Shown here piece by piece: positions 63,085 through 64,000 of a stretch of 64,000 nt of DNA. How positions within the stretch are numbered: the first letter of the stretch is position 1; the number at the start of each line of letters is the position of its first letter. A model generated the notes under the pieces. It did not search any database and was not told where the DNA came from. It saw only the letters and a program-made list of their open reading frames with translations. Position numbers and translations under genes: made by a program. The stretch spans positions 6,499 to 70,498 of the forward strand of contig JAAZJD010000075.1 in NCBI GenBank assembly GCA_012800525.1. Direction: 5' to 3'. Source of the DNA: Clostridiales bacterium (GTDB lineage: Bacteria; Bacillota; Clostridia; Christensenellales; DTU072).

Positions 63085-63588
63085 TTAATAAACTGCAATT
63101 TCTTCTAGTATCGATTTAGATAAAACAATTTTTTCATCACTGATTTTAAGAATAACCTTACTTAAAAAGGGGAACATAAAATTTCTATTTCCAGATACTA
63201 CAACAACATCATTGGCCTTGTAGTTTAGCACCTGTGAAATTTGTCCTACTTTTTCTTCTTCAATATATACATCTAAACCTATTAAGTCTACAATGTAATA
63301 CCTATCCTTATCTATTCTTGGGAGCTTATCTCTATCAACATAAAGCTCCCCTCTGATTGCTTCAGCATCATCTCTTGTATTGATATTTTCAAATGTCAAA
63401 TACACATGTTCAACTGTGCTCCTAGCTTTTGCAATTTTTAAGTTTTGAGAATCAAACCAAATACTATCAATTGTTTTAAAAACATCTTTGTTATCGGCTA
63501 AAGAAAAAACTCTTACCTCGCCCTTAACACCATGAGGCTTTAGAGCAAATCCAATTAATAATTTATCTTTCCTTGATGTAGACATCAC
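63085..63588 (-). CDS. rimM: 16S rRNA processing protein RimM
   Basis: 167 aa. LLIGFALKPHGVKGEVRV and YYIVDLIGLDVY motifs. Overlaps the upstream KH gene by 26 nt. Confidence 0.85.
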   Translation of the reverse strand: MMSTSRKDKLLIGFALKPHGVKGEVRVFSLADNKDVFKTIDSIWFDSQNLKIAKARSTVEHVYLTFENINTRDDAEAIRGELYVDRDKLPRIDKDRYYIVDLIGLDVYIEEEKVGQISQVLNYKANDVVVVSGNRNFMFPFLSKVILKISDEKIVLSKSILEEIAVY

Positions 63589-63793
63589 ATTTTTTGCTGT
63601 TATCTTTATTTGCAGCTTTTACTAAAGTTTTAATTGCTTTTGCAGTTTTGCCTTGACGTCCAATTACTTTTGCAATTTTATCCTTATCAACAAGCACATC
63701 AATATTGTGGGAATAAGTTGTGTCAGATTCAATAATTTCATAGGAGTTTTCTCCCGCAAGGTTTTTCATAACAAAATCTAATAAATCAATCAT
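63563..63793 (-). CDS. KH domain RNA-binding protein (YlqC-like)
   Basis: 76 aa. VIGRQGKTAKAIKTLV is the GxxG KH motif. Lies in the conserved position between rpsP and rimM. Confidence 0.8.
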   Translation of the reverse strand: MIDLLDFVMKNLAGENSYEIIESDTTYSHNIDVLVDKDKIAKVIGRQGKTAKAIKTLVKAANKDNSKKCDVYIKER

Positions 63794-63804
63794 TATAACC
63801 TCAA

Positions 63805-64000
63805 TTATTTTTTATCAGAATCAGCCTTGTTTTCGGTTGTGGATTCGCTATTCTCTTCTTCTTTTGAAGCTTTTGTACGTGCGGTAGGTTCTAAAATACC
63901 TTCTTTTTCAAATAAAAATTTTACTCTTTCCGATGGTTTAGCACCTTTATCTAACCAGTTCTTCGCTTTGTCACGATTGATCTTTATCACTTTTGGTTGA
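63805..64000 (-). CDS. rpsP: 30S ribosomal protein S16 (C-terminal part; 5' end beyond the right edge)
   Basis: The track ORF begins at an internal GTG (63990). The frame stays open to base 64000 (..QPKVIKINRDKAKNWLDKGAKPSERV), matching the conserved S16 C-terminal core. An acidic/Lys tail follows. Confidence 0.85.
   Translation of the reverse strand, partial: QPKVIKINRDKAKNWLDKGAKPSERVKFLFEKEGILEPTARTKASKEEENSESTTENKADSDKK

Overview
The window is a visibly AT-rich (about 70% A+T by eye, not computed) core chromosomal segment of a low-GC Gram-positive (Bacillota-type) bacterium. It uses the standard genetic code: TGG encodes Trp and TGA is used as a stop. I can support 55 protein-coding genes, 49 of them on the minus strand and tightly packed, with many 1-26 nt overlaps. 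I saw no rRNA, tRNA, CRISPR array, IS element, integrase or prophage.

Gene content is mostly housekeeping:
- rpsO-pnp
- thyA-folA-icd
- polA-coaE-dinB
- dnaG-rpoD
- lepA-hemW-hrcA-grpE-dnaK-dnaJ-prmA-mtaB, with a textbook CIRCE operator
- nifS-nifU, glyA, trxA, aspS, hisS
- hslVU, trmFO, topA
- rpsP-KH-rimM-trmD-rbgA-rnhB and rplS

Gene order is a compressed version of the Bacillus subtilis lepA-to-sigA and topA-to-hslU regions.

I did not find a convincing self-contained novel system such as a defence, toxin or mobile module. The loci that deviate from the housekeeping background are:
1. A giant Flg_new/BspA-LRR surface lipoprotein followed by an untracked, edge-truncated PurL-like ORF with a degenerate catalytic motif (1-4717).
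2. A translationally coupled lacZ-patatin pair followed by an orphan EIIC-like permease (19651-25206).
3. The only plus-strand island, degV-apbE-NusG_II-Gx (12325-15192).
4. A 750-aa polytopic membrane lipoprotein wedged between rplS and topA behind a perfect hairpin (58079-60385).
5. Several small cis elements: palindromes, an SD-sequestering stem and G-rich direct repeats.

All family assignments come from reading motifs in the supplied translations and recalling family signatures. No database search was possible.
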